NCBI RefSeq assembly: GCF_009914755.1
Contig: NC_060935.1
DNA: 64,000 nucleotides
Direction: 5' to 3' (one strand)
DNA from: the human T2T-CHM13v2.0 reference genome, Homo sapiens
The translations under genes were made by a program, and so were the position numbers. A model generated the notes under the pieces. It had not been told where the DNA came from. It did no database searches and worked only from the letters and a program-made list of their open reading frames with translations. Of this stretch, positions 15,681-30,005 are shown piece by piece; positions within the stretch are counted from its first letter, which is position 1; the number at the start of each line of letters is the position of its first letter.

Positions 15681-15710
<30 letters not shown>
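15681..15710 (+). repeat. (AC)15 microsatellite, reads (UG)15 in MAML2 pre-mRNA
   Basis: Read directly from the sequence. Confidence 0.98.
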
Positions 15711-15715
<5 letters not shown>

Positions 15716-15935
15716 TGAACATAAATGTATATGAACATACATGTACCATAGTAGTACCTGATGGTAGTGTTAAAAATAAACAATAAAGAAGTAGCTTCCA
15801 TATTCATATTAAAGTAAATTCATAATCATTCATCCACAACCTTCTTTTTATAGGCTTCATACACCCTAAAACTGTGGATGTAAAACTTTCTTCCTGTAAC
15901 CCACAACAAGAAATCCATTTCACATCAGAACCAGT

Positions 15936-15937
<2 letters not shown>

Positions 15938-15981
<44 letters not shown>
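15938..15981 (+). repeat. (AC)22 microsatellite, reads (UG)22 in MAML2 pre-mRNA
   Basis: Read directly from the sequence. Confidence 0.98.
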
Positions 15982-15983
<2 letters not shown>

Positions 15984-16069
15984 AACTAATGTTTCAGCAA
16001 ATAAAACTCCTACTGTATGCAGTACATTTTCTTTCTCATTCTATTTCATTTTTTAAAGTACATTTTCTT

Positions 16070-16201
16070 TTCTTTTTAAATTTTTTAGAGATGAGGCCTT
16101 GCTACATTTCCCAGGCTGGCCTTGAACTCCTGGGCTCAAGCAATCCACCTGCTTCAGCCTCCAAGTAGCAGGGACTACAGGCACACACCATCATACTCAG
16201 C
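16070..16201 (-). mobile_element. FLAM / Alu monomer
   Basis: Single reverse Alu-like monomer (CCCAGGCTGGCCTTGAACTCCTGGGCTCAAGCAATCC...GGGACTACAGGC) with a T-rich tail. Confidence 0.8.
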
Positions 16202-16307
16202 TTATTTCTTTTTTAAAAAATGTTAGGTACAACTGACAAATTTGATTTTGTGAGCAAATAATGGGTCATGGAATACAAGTTGAAAAAATACTACCCTAAA
16301 GTGCCTA

Positions 16308-16824
<517 letters not shown>

Positions 16825-17275
16825 CTAGATATCTGAATTGGACCTTGAATGATAAGGAAAAACAATGTCATATCCACTTCACAGATGAAGAAACACAGGC
16901 AAAAGAGGACAAATGCTCTGTTTGCTCAGTCATTTAGTCTCCTGTAGAATTATCATGTGAATTGAATCCTTACTGTGGTGCCCAGCCAACTTTGTCAGGC
17001 TCTTCTGTAACTAAAAGTAATGAGTCTTGTCCACCCACCTGTGCACATCATAGGTACTGTCAGCCATGTTTGGCTTAAGAGCATCATTGACCTCAATGAC
17101 CACTTCAGCTTGGGAAAGGCTGCAGCTGGGCTGGGACCCCAGCTGATGATGGGGAGACAGAGGAAATGAAAATTCCGGAGTGAGGTTTCAAAGACATCTT
17201 CATTTACAATTTTGCATTTAAAATTTAATTAATTCAAAAGTTTTCCATTTAAAGTTTTAAATATTTGAGACTTTA

Positions 17276-17603
<328 letters not shown>

Positions 17604-17649
17604 AGCAAACGTAGAGATATATTTCTGACCATTTCTCTTCAAAAAAGAT

Positions 17650-17990
17650 TAGTATGAAGAATTTCAAACATACATAAATTAAAGAGAATGGTAAAATAAT
17701 CCCCCATATACCCATCAACTAGATTCAAAAATTGGCAAGATTTTGTCACACTTGATTTATTCCCTACATTGTTCTTGCTGCCAAAGTATTTTAAAGCAAA
17801 TCCCGGCCATAATTTCACTCCTAATTACTTAGTATGCATCTCTAAAAATATTTTCTTTATATAACCAAAATGTCACTATTATACTTAAAAATTTAATAAT
17901 CCCTTGGTATCCTGTAAAACACAGCCAATTCAAATTTACCAGGCCACCTCAAAAATTGTTTTATTAGAGTTGAATAGTTGAAATCAGGAT
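17650..17990 (-). mobile_element. Old L1M (L1MC/ME-like) 3' fragment
   Basis: AATTTCAAACATACA..AGAGAAT..CCCCCATATACCCATCA..TATTTTAAAGCAAATCCC..AGTATGCATCTCTAAAA resemble reverse L1MC4/5 3' ends. Confidence 0.55.
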
Positions 17991-18762
17991 CAAAATAAGT
18001 TCTGCACCTACCCCCCTTGCTAACCCTTACCTTGTACCTATCATTTATATCCTATCATCTCCCACTTCATTCCCCCCAATTTCCCAGAAATTCACTATAC
18101 TTAGGAAATATAAATATTTTAGTTTTTTCTTCCCAAGTCTGCATGACCACATTGAAAGCAGCATAGCTTTTCTGCAACAGTGACATCCATCTTTGCAGCT
18201 ATCCACGGTAAGGATATCTTCTATTGCAAACAGCATGCTTATGTTCTGATTAGGTTAAAGTAAAAATGAAATGCATATGTGCTAAGTGATTATAATCATG
18301 CAAGAAAGTTCTTTGCAGAGAAACAGTGAGGATGGAATGGCTGAGGTTTGGTGGAGGATGCTGGTAACCAGTGATGTGAATTCCTGGAGAAGTAGAAATG
18401 AGCTAAGTTGAAGGTTAGCCTTGAACCAGAAGAAGAACATCCTTTCCTCTGAGACTCAGGAAATGTAAACATAGGTGTAGGTATTCTCTGTTGGTAGGAG
18501 TTGAGTTGTGGAGTTTTCTTTGTGAGGTACATGAGACAAGGCCATTTGCTAAGAGTGCTGGGTTATATAAGAGAAGATAACCAAGCAAACAAAGAGGTAA
18601 TGAGTTCTGCTCTGCGTTAGGCATTGTGCTAGGTTGCATATCTATACCTACACTATATACACAATATGTATTATATACATTTTTCTATGTATATGTGTGT
18701 ATGTGTGTATAAATATATATATATTAAATACATAATATTATATATATATATATAAATTTCTA

Positions 18763-19219
<457 letters not shown>

Positions 19220-19429
19220 TCAGTCTGTCTGACACTAATCATAAGTACTAAGGAAAATGAAAGAGAGGCAACAAGTTAAAACATCATAAAATGTCATTTA
19301 TGGGTCCTGCCAAGATTGGAAACCATATATTCATAACAGCACAACAATACAGTTGGCAAGCAGAAGGCAGCTCTTAGGATTAATCCAGGACTGAGAGGTT
19401 TGCCTGGTGGATGAAGTCGCAGAGGCTGC

Positions 19430-19896
19430 CGGTGCCCTCCCAGACCTCCCAGACACTCACCTTTCCTGTGCATGCTGACAGTTTCTTCACTGGAGCAGCT
19501 GAGACTCTCCACCTCAGGGTTTTTCTCTAGCTGTGTGAGCAGGCCTCGCCCTCAGACAAAAGGGAGGTGAGAAGCTCTTAAGGAAGAAGTTCCCCTGGGA
19601 GCAGCCCACAGCCAGTGACCCATGAATGTTGGTGGATGAACACCCTAGCTCCGGTGCCTCTGGAGGGAGGACCACTTTGAGACGTGCTCCTCCTTACAGT
19701 TGTCCAAACGCTCAGAGGCAGATCCAGCCCTTGCCCACAGAAGTGCCCTGCTGCTTAGCACACCCTGCAGTAGCTTCCTCCCCTTTGCTGTCTCAATTCC
19801 CCATGACTTTATATGTACTTCCCAGAATCGCCTCCTGAGCTGACTACCCGTACTGAAATCCTCAAAGTCCACTTCTGGGGAATCAAAACCAAAACA
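19430..19896 (+). mobile_element. LTR16-family (ERVL) solo LTR
   Basis: CCCCTGGGAGCAGCCC..CCAGTGAC, TTGCCCACAG, CACACCCT..GCTTCCTCCCCTTTGCTGTCTCAATTCCCCA and terminal CTTCTGGGGAATCAAAACCAAAACA follow the LTR16 consensus as I recall it. Confidence 0.65.
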
Positions 19897-20849
19897 ATGG
19901 GGAAAAGGGATAAGGAAGTCCAGGAACTGAAAGTGTTGGTAAGTTTAATTTCACTGCCAACCATGAAGTTTAGTTTGGGGAAAGCAGGAACCAAAGTTAA
20001 GAGGAGGTAGGGAGAATAACAAACAGTGGAGATAATAGAGGTTTTAATAAGAAAAGAACAGGAGGCTCAGAGAGAGTAAGGAAATTGGGAGGGTGGAAGA
20101 GGATAAGAGGGTGTGTGATACTTGAGTTTGAGCTCTCATAGGTAGACAGTTGGAGTTGATGAAAAGGTCAAAGGTAAGGCCATGGGAATTAGTTCTCAGT
20201 GGAGCTTATGTGAATGCTAATGAAACTGGGATGTCATGAAAGAAATAGCCGGAGTGTTGAAGTCTTTCTTTCAGGAATATTGAAATCTGCCAGGATGATG
20301 GCAGGAGTTGGGAAGATGAGAAGCCTTGGCAAGCTGTCAGAGCCTGGAAGTGACCTGAATATAGCAGACAGCTACGACAAAACATGTTAAAGGCAATAAA
20401 ACTGATCGGTGCCCATTGCAAAGGAGGAGGGAGAGCTTGGGAGAAGCAGTTTGGAACTAGGATAATGCTGATACCTCTTCCTAACTCTGTTTTGAGGTAC
20501 CCTAGACTTCTCCATCTTTACCTGACAGGAGTAAAAGGAGAGAAATGTTCTTAGGGGAGAAGCAGATTTCCTGAAGGCCTGGAGGTAAAGGCAGCACACT
20601 GTCTGATGTCAGAGAGTGTGGGGAAGTTTATTTACAATGGAAAAGAGTTTTCAGTGTGCACAATGGAAAGCACTGGAAGAGAAATCAGCAAAAGGAAGAT
20701 AAGCTATTGGAAGAAAGGGAGGATCCCTGTATCGCATGACATCCTCAGGGAGGATTCATGAACCCAGAGGCTTCGGACAATGAGCAGGAGAGGAAGCGGA
20801 GCTGAGGATAACCAGGTAAAGGCCAGGATGGTGGTACCATAGAGTTGTA

Positions 20850-21050
20850 TTAAAAGCACAAACTTTGGAATTAGGTCCTGGATTGGCTATTGACTCCGGA
20901 ATCTTGGTCACATTATCTAAAATCCTATGCCTCAGTTTCCTTTTCTGTACAATGAGAATAAATAGTTACCTCATCAGACAATTTTGAGGATGAAATGTAA
21001 AATGCTAAGCTCCACTCTTGGCCCACAATAAACACTCAATAACTGTTCAT
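20850..21050 (+). mobile_element. MIR SINE
   Basis: GCCTCAGTTTCCTTTTCTGTACAATGAGAATAA core, ending ATAAACACTCAATAA. Confidence 0.65.
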
Positions 21051-21288
21051 TAGTTTTCATTATAACTAGCCTTATGGTTTGGATAAGTCCGTTGGTAGAA
21101 AGGATTTTAACAATCGCCCAAGGGTCTCATGTATTGTTAGGACCCATGTATTCTTACATCTGTTGGGCAAAAATTATACATATACACATACACCCACATA
21201 CACAGAGAAATACACCAGTCAAAAGTTGATTTCTTTTTCCTAGAAAGTAAAAATTCTGAATCTGCATTTTAGCCCAGTTTTTCTGTCA

Positions 21289-21427
21289 CCAGGACTGGGA
21301 CAAATGAGGCACATGGGGTACAGAATTAAGAAGATGCTCATATTCAATGAGCGTACAACTGGAGAATGAGGGCCTCCTTACATGCTACACCCTAAGTACC
21401 TGGCTTGCCTCATCCTAGTCCCAGCCC
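21289..21427. mobile_element. Short hAT-type MITE (MER91-like)
   Basis: Imperfect terminal inverted repeats CAGGACTGGGAC...GCCTCATCCTAGTCCCAGCCC. Confidence 0.5.
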
Positions 21428-22344
21428 ACCTGTCAGTAACCACCAACTCCTCTCCACTGCGTAGGCCAGGCCAATGGTTAGATTCTAGAGCAGAGCCGTC
21501 CCACATACAGACCCTGGTCATGCCACATGGATATGTGTTAGAAGCAGAATGACCCTCTTGTTACCCTGTAGATGGCCATGACTAATTGATATGCACAAAT
21601 ATATATCTCAGGGCTCTTCACTAGAGTTTATACATACTGATTCCTATCTTATGTGATACATCTTGGAACTGTTCTAAATTAATTTAAAATATATATGCCA
21701 TGGTTGAAGGCATATTAATAAATCCAAAGGAGAGAAAATTAATCAGCCACTTTATGAATTGTGCTTCTTGGGCTCACACTCAGATAATCCATTCAAGTGC
21801 TGACACTTTTACTTATACAAATTAATAGTACTGGCAAAGAAAGCCTAAATTGAACCATAATTCACACGTTTTATAATTAGTATTACCTGCCAATATGTAG
21901 AACTTACCAGTTGCATTTTGGCTACAAGATTAACATTGAAGAGCTATTGCGACCTTATTCTCTTATATTTCTTAGTTCTTATTTTGGCTTAATAAGCACT
22001 TTTTGTGTGTGTGCTAGGCATTGTGCAAAATACAGTCTCATGCCACCCTATTCAATCCTTACAAAAGCCCTATCAGTTCTTTCCATTCATTATCATTATT
22101 TCTATCAGGTATTTCTGTTCATTATTAAAATATTTCTGCTTAATTTAGTGTTAAAGACACATATTTGTTTTCATGCTATGCCATCACATAATCAGTGTTG
22201 TCTGTGGCAGTAATATAAAGAAGAATGTTTCTATCTCTATCCATACTGACTTTCTAAGACACAAATTTTGTTGATTAAAATTCATTGATTATAAAGGCAT
22301 AAGAAAGTTTAAATTATAAAGAGAAGACCAAGAAATCCTGTTAT

Positions 22345-22790
22345 GTACTTTCATCTGTTGTTCTGGCTCACTCAGCATCCATTCTTCTCTGTGTGCAGTA
22401 TCACCCTAATTCCCAAGGGAGCCACCCCTCCTTCTGCATGTGGTCTGGGTGGGGCTGTCAATCAAGGTGCCCTCTTGCCCTGGTCACAAAGTGGGCATAG
22501 GATCCAAGACATACTAAAGAAACTCTCACTCCTGGAGGTTGGGGAGAATGGCACTTGGATATAAACCAGCTGGAGCTGATTCTCCCCTGAGGAGGTTCCC
22601 TGGAGACAGGATTTTCCACTTCTTGCTATCTAGAGTCTTGAAACCCCCTGATTCCTTACATTTTCTAAATTTGGTTATTTTCAGACTTTTCTTGGGTTGC
22701 ACAGAAACCCCAAGTTCTTGTAACGAATTACTCTCTTGATTAAATTCACCAAAACTCATGCCTGGTGCTTGCAACCAAAGAATACACACC
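22345..22790 (+). mobile_element. Old MaLR LTR (MLT1K/L-like)
   Basis: CATGTGGTCTGGGTGGGGCTG, TGGTCACAAAGTGGGCATAGGATCCAAG and terminal CTTGCAACCAAAGAAT motifs. Confidence 0.5.
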
Positions 22791-25159
22791 GACACATACC
22801 ATCTTAGCACATCTATTGTAATTCAGATGTACTACGCTCCAGGTTTTTCATAATCATATTTTTACATAGGTAAAACTCATTTAATTCTGTTCCTGTTGAA
22901 CACATGGATCATTTCAAGGGCTACTATTATTTAACCCTACAGCGATTATGATTATTTTCATGCATATCACTTTATTTTGGATTCTTTCCTCTGAGAGATT
23001 CCAAGAAGTGAAATTATTGAGTCAAAGGGCACAGATATTAGTACAGCTCCTGAAAGATATTGCCAAAATGCTTTATAAAATGGCCCTGACAATTTATAAT
23101 ACATTCACGGGCTCATTTGTATTAAGCCTTCAGTCAACATTGACCATCATGTAGTTTTAATATTCTGCTGCCAATGTTCTCTATACTTTGCTCAAAAAAG
23201 TGCAGCACATGACTCACACATTCAACAGGAGAGATAAAACTCCCTACTCTGGCACTCTGAATCATTTCCTCAAACAGTGGTGTATTTGTTAACTTTATGG
23301 AAGTATAATTTACCAATATAAAAATTGCTCCAATGTTAAGATATTATGTAATCTCAAAGTACAACTGATGTGCTGTTTCCTTTGGTAATCTTTCTAGAAT
23401 TATAGTTATCTATATATAACAATTTTCCTCATGGAATGTGCCATAGAGTAAGAGTATAGGAACCATTATTCTGTGAGTTCTGAGGTAAGTATATACTGAA
23501 ACCATATACAAAAAACTACAAACACAGCCCTTCTAAAAATCCCAGTGTGGCCCATATAAATTTTTTATAATAAAAGAAAGTAAAGAGGTCTATTTTCCTT
23601 TCCTCCTTTGAGCTGTTTCAATGCCAAAATTATATCTTAGCAATAGTGACTAGGTCACTGGCCTGTGAATAAGATAGGCTGAATACAAGACACACAATGA
23701 GTGTCCAGCAAGAACAGATTTAAGAAAATGAGTTCTTAAGGGGCACAAGTGGGCAGCAGGTCAGGCATGCTGCCCAAGCTACACCTGGCGCCCACAAAAG
23801 GCTGGGGTACTTCTGTATAAATCCTGGCCTCACCCAAGGCTGCCAGAGCTGACACATTCCCTATCCCCCTTATCCTCTCTCCAGAATGTCTGAGAAAACA
23901 AAAAGAAAAAATATAATCTGAGAACTGCTGCTGTGGGCCAGCTAATCTTGTCACCAAATATGTAGTGCACAATTACTATGAGCAAGGAAGTGGGTGCCAG
24001 GATCCAGAGTGGCCCTCAATCTTTATCCATTAATGTCTGTACCTCCTTCTCGAATTCAGCACCGTTTGATCTTTGATCATCACAGAATCTGCTCATTCCA
24101 GTCTCCCGTTAAATCTGTGAAAGCTGCTTCAGCCCTACTTCTTGCAAGTCAGTTTCAAGCCTCTCTTATCACAGTGTACAGATTCTGAGGAGGGGACACT
24201 GATTCTACTGCTGAGGCCTGGTTCACTCTCTCACCCCTTAGAATAAGAAGTCAGGCTGACTCCTATCATAGTCATGTTTCCAGGAAAGAGCCTAAACTCC
24301 TTCTGACACTGAGATCCACAAAAGGGTTGATGAGGAAGCTTGGAATTTGGGGTGCCATTTAAAGATTTTAAGTGGAGACTTGAGACAAAAAGAGTTGCAT
24401 TTTTAGGAATTTAACTGGCAAATGATAGAGGATAGATTATGGGATGAGAGGCCAGTTTGGAAGTACAGTGACAGTTAAAACATAAGTTGGGAGACATTGG
24501 TTAATGTGGATTCAACCAAGGAGAGAGATGGTCCCCCGATCCAGCCAATACTGTATCCTGAGAGTGGCACCCAGGTTTTTCTTTATCTAGAAGACCATCC
24601 TATTACATTTCATGGCATCTACTTCAAACAGAATGAATGCTTCCTATTAGTCCTAATTTCCTCGGTAACTTTTTGTACATCTGCAAGTAATGAATGTATT
24701 CATATAAACTCTTCTTGCAGCAGGCAGAGGAGATACAGAGACAGCTAACTGCATAAAGTGCTCCAGAAACATAGCCCAAATCACAATGATGTTACACCAC
24801 TGTGATTCAGGATAAAGGGACCTTAAAGAAAAAAATAAAAACAACTAAATGTGTTTATGCTATGTTATGCTGTTTATGTTTCTTCTATTTGAGAAGCTCC
24901 TGACTCAACCACTATTGAAAAATTCCGAAGTCCTATAAAGATACAATTCTCTTGACTGAGAATAACATTCTGAAATATTATTATTAGGTCAATAAATTCT
25001 CACTTAAGGAAAAGGAATTAGAGATGCACCATTTATAACAACTTCTCAATGCAAAAACTGAGTTCTGAGGCCAAAAAATATATACACTTTAATCCATTTT
25101 TCAGTAACTTTCACATTTTAGTGTAATATTTTAAAATTAAAGCTATTACATTTTAAAAT

Positions 25160-25540
25160 AATATGGAAACAGTAAAAAGATCAGTAGTTGCCTGCAGTTA
25201 AGGGAGAGGGAAGGATAAACAGGCAGAGCACAGAGGATTTTTAGAGCAGTAAAATACTCTATGATAATATAATGAAAGATGTACATTATTATATATTTAT
25301 CAGAGCCCACAGAATACAACACCAAGAGTGAATCCTAATGTCAACTACAGACCTTGGGTGATAGTGGTGTGTCAATGTAGGTCCACTAATTGCAACAAAC
25401 ATACCACTCTGGTGGAGGATGGTGATAATGGGGGTGACTATGCATGGATAGGGAACTGGGAGTATCTGGGAACTCTTTGTATTTTCCACTCAATTTTCTT
25501 GTGAACATACACTGCTCTAAAAAATAAAGTCTATTTGAAT
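25160..25540 (+). mobile_element. L1MC1/2-like 3' end
   Basis: GAAACAGTAAAAAGATCAGTAGTTGCC...GCAGAGCACAGAGGATTTTTAG...CACCAAGAGTGAATCCTAATGT...ACTGCTCTAAAAAATAAAGTCTATT is a characteristic L1MC 3' UTR. Confidence 0.8.
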
Positions 25541-28500
25541 AATAATAATGAGACAGGATGTATTCTATATTAAAATACATGTGAAACTGTACTATATGAA
25601 AAAACTTTGGCAAAAAGAAAGTCTCATCAATTCTCTGATTCCCAAATGTCTAGATATCTGTAAGTTACTATTCAAGTCATCTAATACACAAAGGGAATTT
25701 TTTCTATGTTAGAAAAAGTTTCCACAACTTCTATGATGAACTATTCTGAATGTTACTAGAACTTAGAAGTACGGTAACTGGAAATTAAGGCAGATAAAAA
25801 CATCTGTCTCTATGCAAAATATGTCCCTCAGAGGTTAAACTGGGTGAAAATAAATAGCTAACCTGGCAACCAAATAAAACTACAAAGCAACAAACACAAG
25901 TATAAACATTCTGAAAAGTGTTTTTAAAAGACAAAGTGAAATGCTCCTAGAAAATGAACATTTAAAATGTATCATATGAAACTTTAATATCTCACAATAA
26001 GAAACATACCTTTCTTCTTGTTATGCTGCAAGACGTCATAGCTGCCTTGAGTATCAAATTATGTATATATAATTATATACATAACATATACATATATAGT
26101 TTTCTACAAGTCTCTCAATAAACATATATTCTGAAAATATGGAGCACTTCAGTTGTGCACTTCAGTTGTGCCTTTGATCACTGCACGAGCCCAGGCCCAC
26201 AATATCAAATGAAGAAGAGTTAACATGTTGACATCTGTTTTAGGCTAAAAATGGAAATTGTGAAGCTCTTCTCTCCTCTTCCAAGAGTTCCCTGGAATGG
26301 ATCAAAAAGCTTCAAAAGACTTGGCTCCAAGGGAACTTCTAGGCAATGTCTACACAGCACAAAATGATATGGAGGCTTGGCATCTCCCTAAAGAATTAGG
26401 GCTGTGTTGACTACTGCAAAAAGGGGACTGAACCTAGCTCCCTTTGTGACTTGAAAGGTCAAAACAGTTCTCCAAGCTCCAGAATTTTCCTTTATGTGGA
26501 TCTATGTATTAATTTTTCATAAAACCTCAAAGAAAACTCCTTGCCTTCAGCATAGTTAGACAACGACTGAACATCTAGACTGGGCCATGTATTTTGCCAA
26601 TACTAGGGGTAAAAAGGCTGACTTTCCCAGGTAAGTGAGGCAGAGGAATGTCCTCAGTCTAAATTGAAAAGAAACCTTCCCAAACTTACACTATTTTTTT
26701 CACACCAAATCAACTTGGCCTGTGAATTTTTTCTTTCCTTGAGGCTGAGTCAAGATGAACTAGCATTTGCGGGTGGAGTGGTTACTTGAGAGCACACCAT
26801 TCGTTACAAGGGGTCTTTATATGTAAAGCAGAAACATTTTTGTTTTGCTTTTCAGTTGGAGTGAGCACGAGGAATTGATTCTTTTTTTTCTCCAAAGTTA
26901 AAAGAGCAAACCCAGAGACTACCAAAATGTTAGGTTTGTTTATCATTTCCAAGTTGAAATAAAGCGTAATGTGAATACTCAGCACTCTATCTTTCCCTGA
27001 TTAAAGTGATCCTGCCCTTTGAATTGCTACACAGGATACTGTTCTGTACAGCTCACTCACACGGCTGTAATAAGTCACAACAGTTTGGCACCTCGCCCAA
27101 CAAAATACAAACTCTCCTGAAGTCTTGAGCTTTCCCATGGCAACATCACAGTCACCAACACAGCAAACAATCACTCCAATCCCTGCTCCCGCTTTCCTTT
27201 TCTAACAGCAAAGGATATCATTGCAGCCAGCCTCTTAGAACTGTGCTCATTATCATCTATGAAAGGAGATAGCAACGGAGATCAAGTTGCCTTCAGTGCT
27301 GAGCTTAAAGTCAGACCAAAAGCAGGATAAGTACAGGAGCATAGGGAAGTTTTACTTATGCTTTTACTGTAAAGGAAGAGTGAGAGGCTGTATGAAAAGT
27401 ATATTCCTTAAATATATCCCTTAAAGTATATTCCTTAATGTGCCTTGCTGCCCTGATTACCCAGTGGCTCTGGCTCACTCACAATCTTCATACAAAACTC
27501 CCATTCACATCTAGCCCAGGCACTCTCGACAGCAGCTGGGGAGGGGGAAATGCCATCTTAAAGCTGCAACTCCGACACATTCCTGAAACTGCAAAATTGG
27601 AACGGCTTTCAAACCTCAGCTGCTTTCTCCAAGGGAATGATCATTCTGCTCATATGGGAAGGCTGCCTAGCAGTAAGAGCAGGGTGGCAGCTCCGTACAG
27701 CAGATTAAAGCAGCACCACTTCCTTTATGACCGCTTCTTTTCAGATTCAAATAACATCCTTAGGGGTGCCAGTCTCTTCTCATAAAAAGTGTCTGGGCTC
27801 CCACAAATCCCCTAAAATGATAATCTCTTCGTGTGTATTAATTTTATTTTCATTTGATGGCCCATGAGAGTTCAGGAACAGAACTAATAGTGAACCCAAG
27901 GGAATGAATGGCCTATGACTCATGGGTGGATATCATTTTATAGGGGAAAGGAAGAGGAGGGTGGAAGAGAGTCCTGGCTTCATGTGGTTTTGAATGCTGA
28001 TTGTTCTACTCTGGAATTATGGTAAAGCCCTGCGCATGCTCATGGAAGATTCTGGCTTCTTTACAATTCTAGACTCAGGCCTTACACAGTGTTATAGTTT
28101 ACATTTGGGATCACCCGACCTCAGAAATCAAAATTTCAGAGGGAGTTTCATTTCAGCATAGCTAAAATTTGGGGGGCAGTGGTGGTGGGGCATTAGTCCA
28201 TGTAATAAAGAATATAAAATACTAATGACAAAGTATGGAAGTAATTATACCAAGATATTTCAATGCTATCCTAAACCACAAGGAGGAAAAAAAAATCCAG
28301 TGATTTACTAAACAATAGTAGAATTCTGAAATATAACTGAAGCATCTCTAACATACATATGGGTGACTGCTGTGTCATTCAAGACTCTGTGTATTTAAGT
28401 ACTAACCCTCAAAATCCATTTTAGTGACAATTTACATAATTACAGTATTACTGGAAATTCTGACATCAACTTTTCACTTACTGCATACCTGATTATGTTT

Positions 28501-29699
28501 TATTCTTTATTATCCAATCATTTCCCATACCCAAAATCTAATTATGTTGCAATTTTTATCAGTAAGAAACCTACTTTAGACATAAAATATTAAGCTAAAT
28601 AAACAAATGGTACTTTGCATCAGAGTTGCTCTAACATCTCAGAATACACTTCCCAAAAATTACATCCATGGCTACTTCCTACTTCTTTATGTTTCAGCTT
28701 AAATTTAAAGAAACTTGTGCTTTATAAAAAATGACTAGCTATAATAATGTATATTTTTTAGTTTGTTTGCTTGTTTCTTATATGTCTTCCTATTAGAATG
28801 TAAAGACCTTGAAGCTGGGGACCATGTAGCTAACCTCATGTCTTACACACAATGGATACTGAGCAAATATTTATTGAATGAATGAATGCTTCATTTATCT
28901 ATACACAGTGAACCATACATGTGCTATATACTTTCTGCTCTGTGTACTCTTGTCCAAATGTAAAAATGCTGCAGCATAAACAAATAATTCATGGCATAAA
29001 ATACAATACAATAAAATGAAAATAACTCATTAGTTAAGTTCAGCAAAACAGAGAAGTAAAAGATAGAGAAAGGAAGAAAACTAAGTGCCCTTGCTGGTGT
29101 TAGCTGGCAATGTCTTTTGTCTTGAAAGTTCTGGGTGAATGTTTTTGGGTTTTTGGAGAGAATGTACTCCCACTGAAATGAGTAATCCATTGTGTCTAGC
29201 ATCATACTGGGATTTGGAATGCCATTGTGTTTTAGTATGAAGTGCTTGACAATGCATTCACACCCAGAGGTCAGTTTCAAAACTGCCCTTTAGTTTAACC
29301 CTATAGTTGTGATTTAGTAGAAGGATTCGAATAACTGCATAATTTGTTTACCACACATTATTCTGCTCACAATTATGAGTAATTCATTCTTACCTACAGC
29401 CATGGAATCTGTACAGAGAACTTCATTCAACCCAGTAGCAGGATTGCTAAGATCATCATGGATGACGATGATGAAGATAGTATCTAACACTGAGCACAGT
29501 AACTACCTGCTCACTCTCCCTTAATCTTGCCACCATCCCTGTTAGGCAGGTTTTGCTACATCACCATTTCATAGATGGTGGAATTAAAGCCTTAGAATTA
29601 AATAATTTCCCTCAATTTGCTCAGTTAATAAATGGTAGAGCTTGGATTCTAGTGCCCAAGGTATTGACTACTGTGATATTCCACCTCCCAAAGGAACAA

Positions 29700-30005
29700 T
29701 TTTTTTTTTTTTTTTTCTGAGACAGGGTCTCACTCTGCCACCTAGGCTGGAGTGCAGTGGTGCAGTCACGGCTTACTGAGGTCCCGACCTCTCCAGGCTC
29801 AGGTATTCCTCCCACCTCAGCCTCCCACGTAGCTGGAACTACAGATAACATGCCACCACGCCCAGCTAATTTATACATTTTTTTTTGTAGAGATGGGTTT
29901 TTGCCATGTTGACTAGGCCGGTCTTAAACTCCTGGACTCAAGCAGTCTACCAGCTTTGGCCTTCAGAAGTGATTGGATTACAGGTGTGAGCCACCACACC
30001 TGGTC
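29700..30005 (-). mobile_element. AluJ-like (sense to MAML2)
   Basis: Poly-T followed by a reverse diverged dimer (GAGACAGGGTCTCACTCTG; CTCCTGGACTCAAGCAGTC). Confidence 0.88.

Noticed and set aside
26617-26636. CTGAC-TTTCC-CAG|GTAAGT recursive-site-like motif on the + strand
   Set aside because: It is on the strand opposite MAML2 with no evidence of a plus-strand transcript. It serves as a reminder of the background rate of such motifs.
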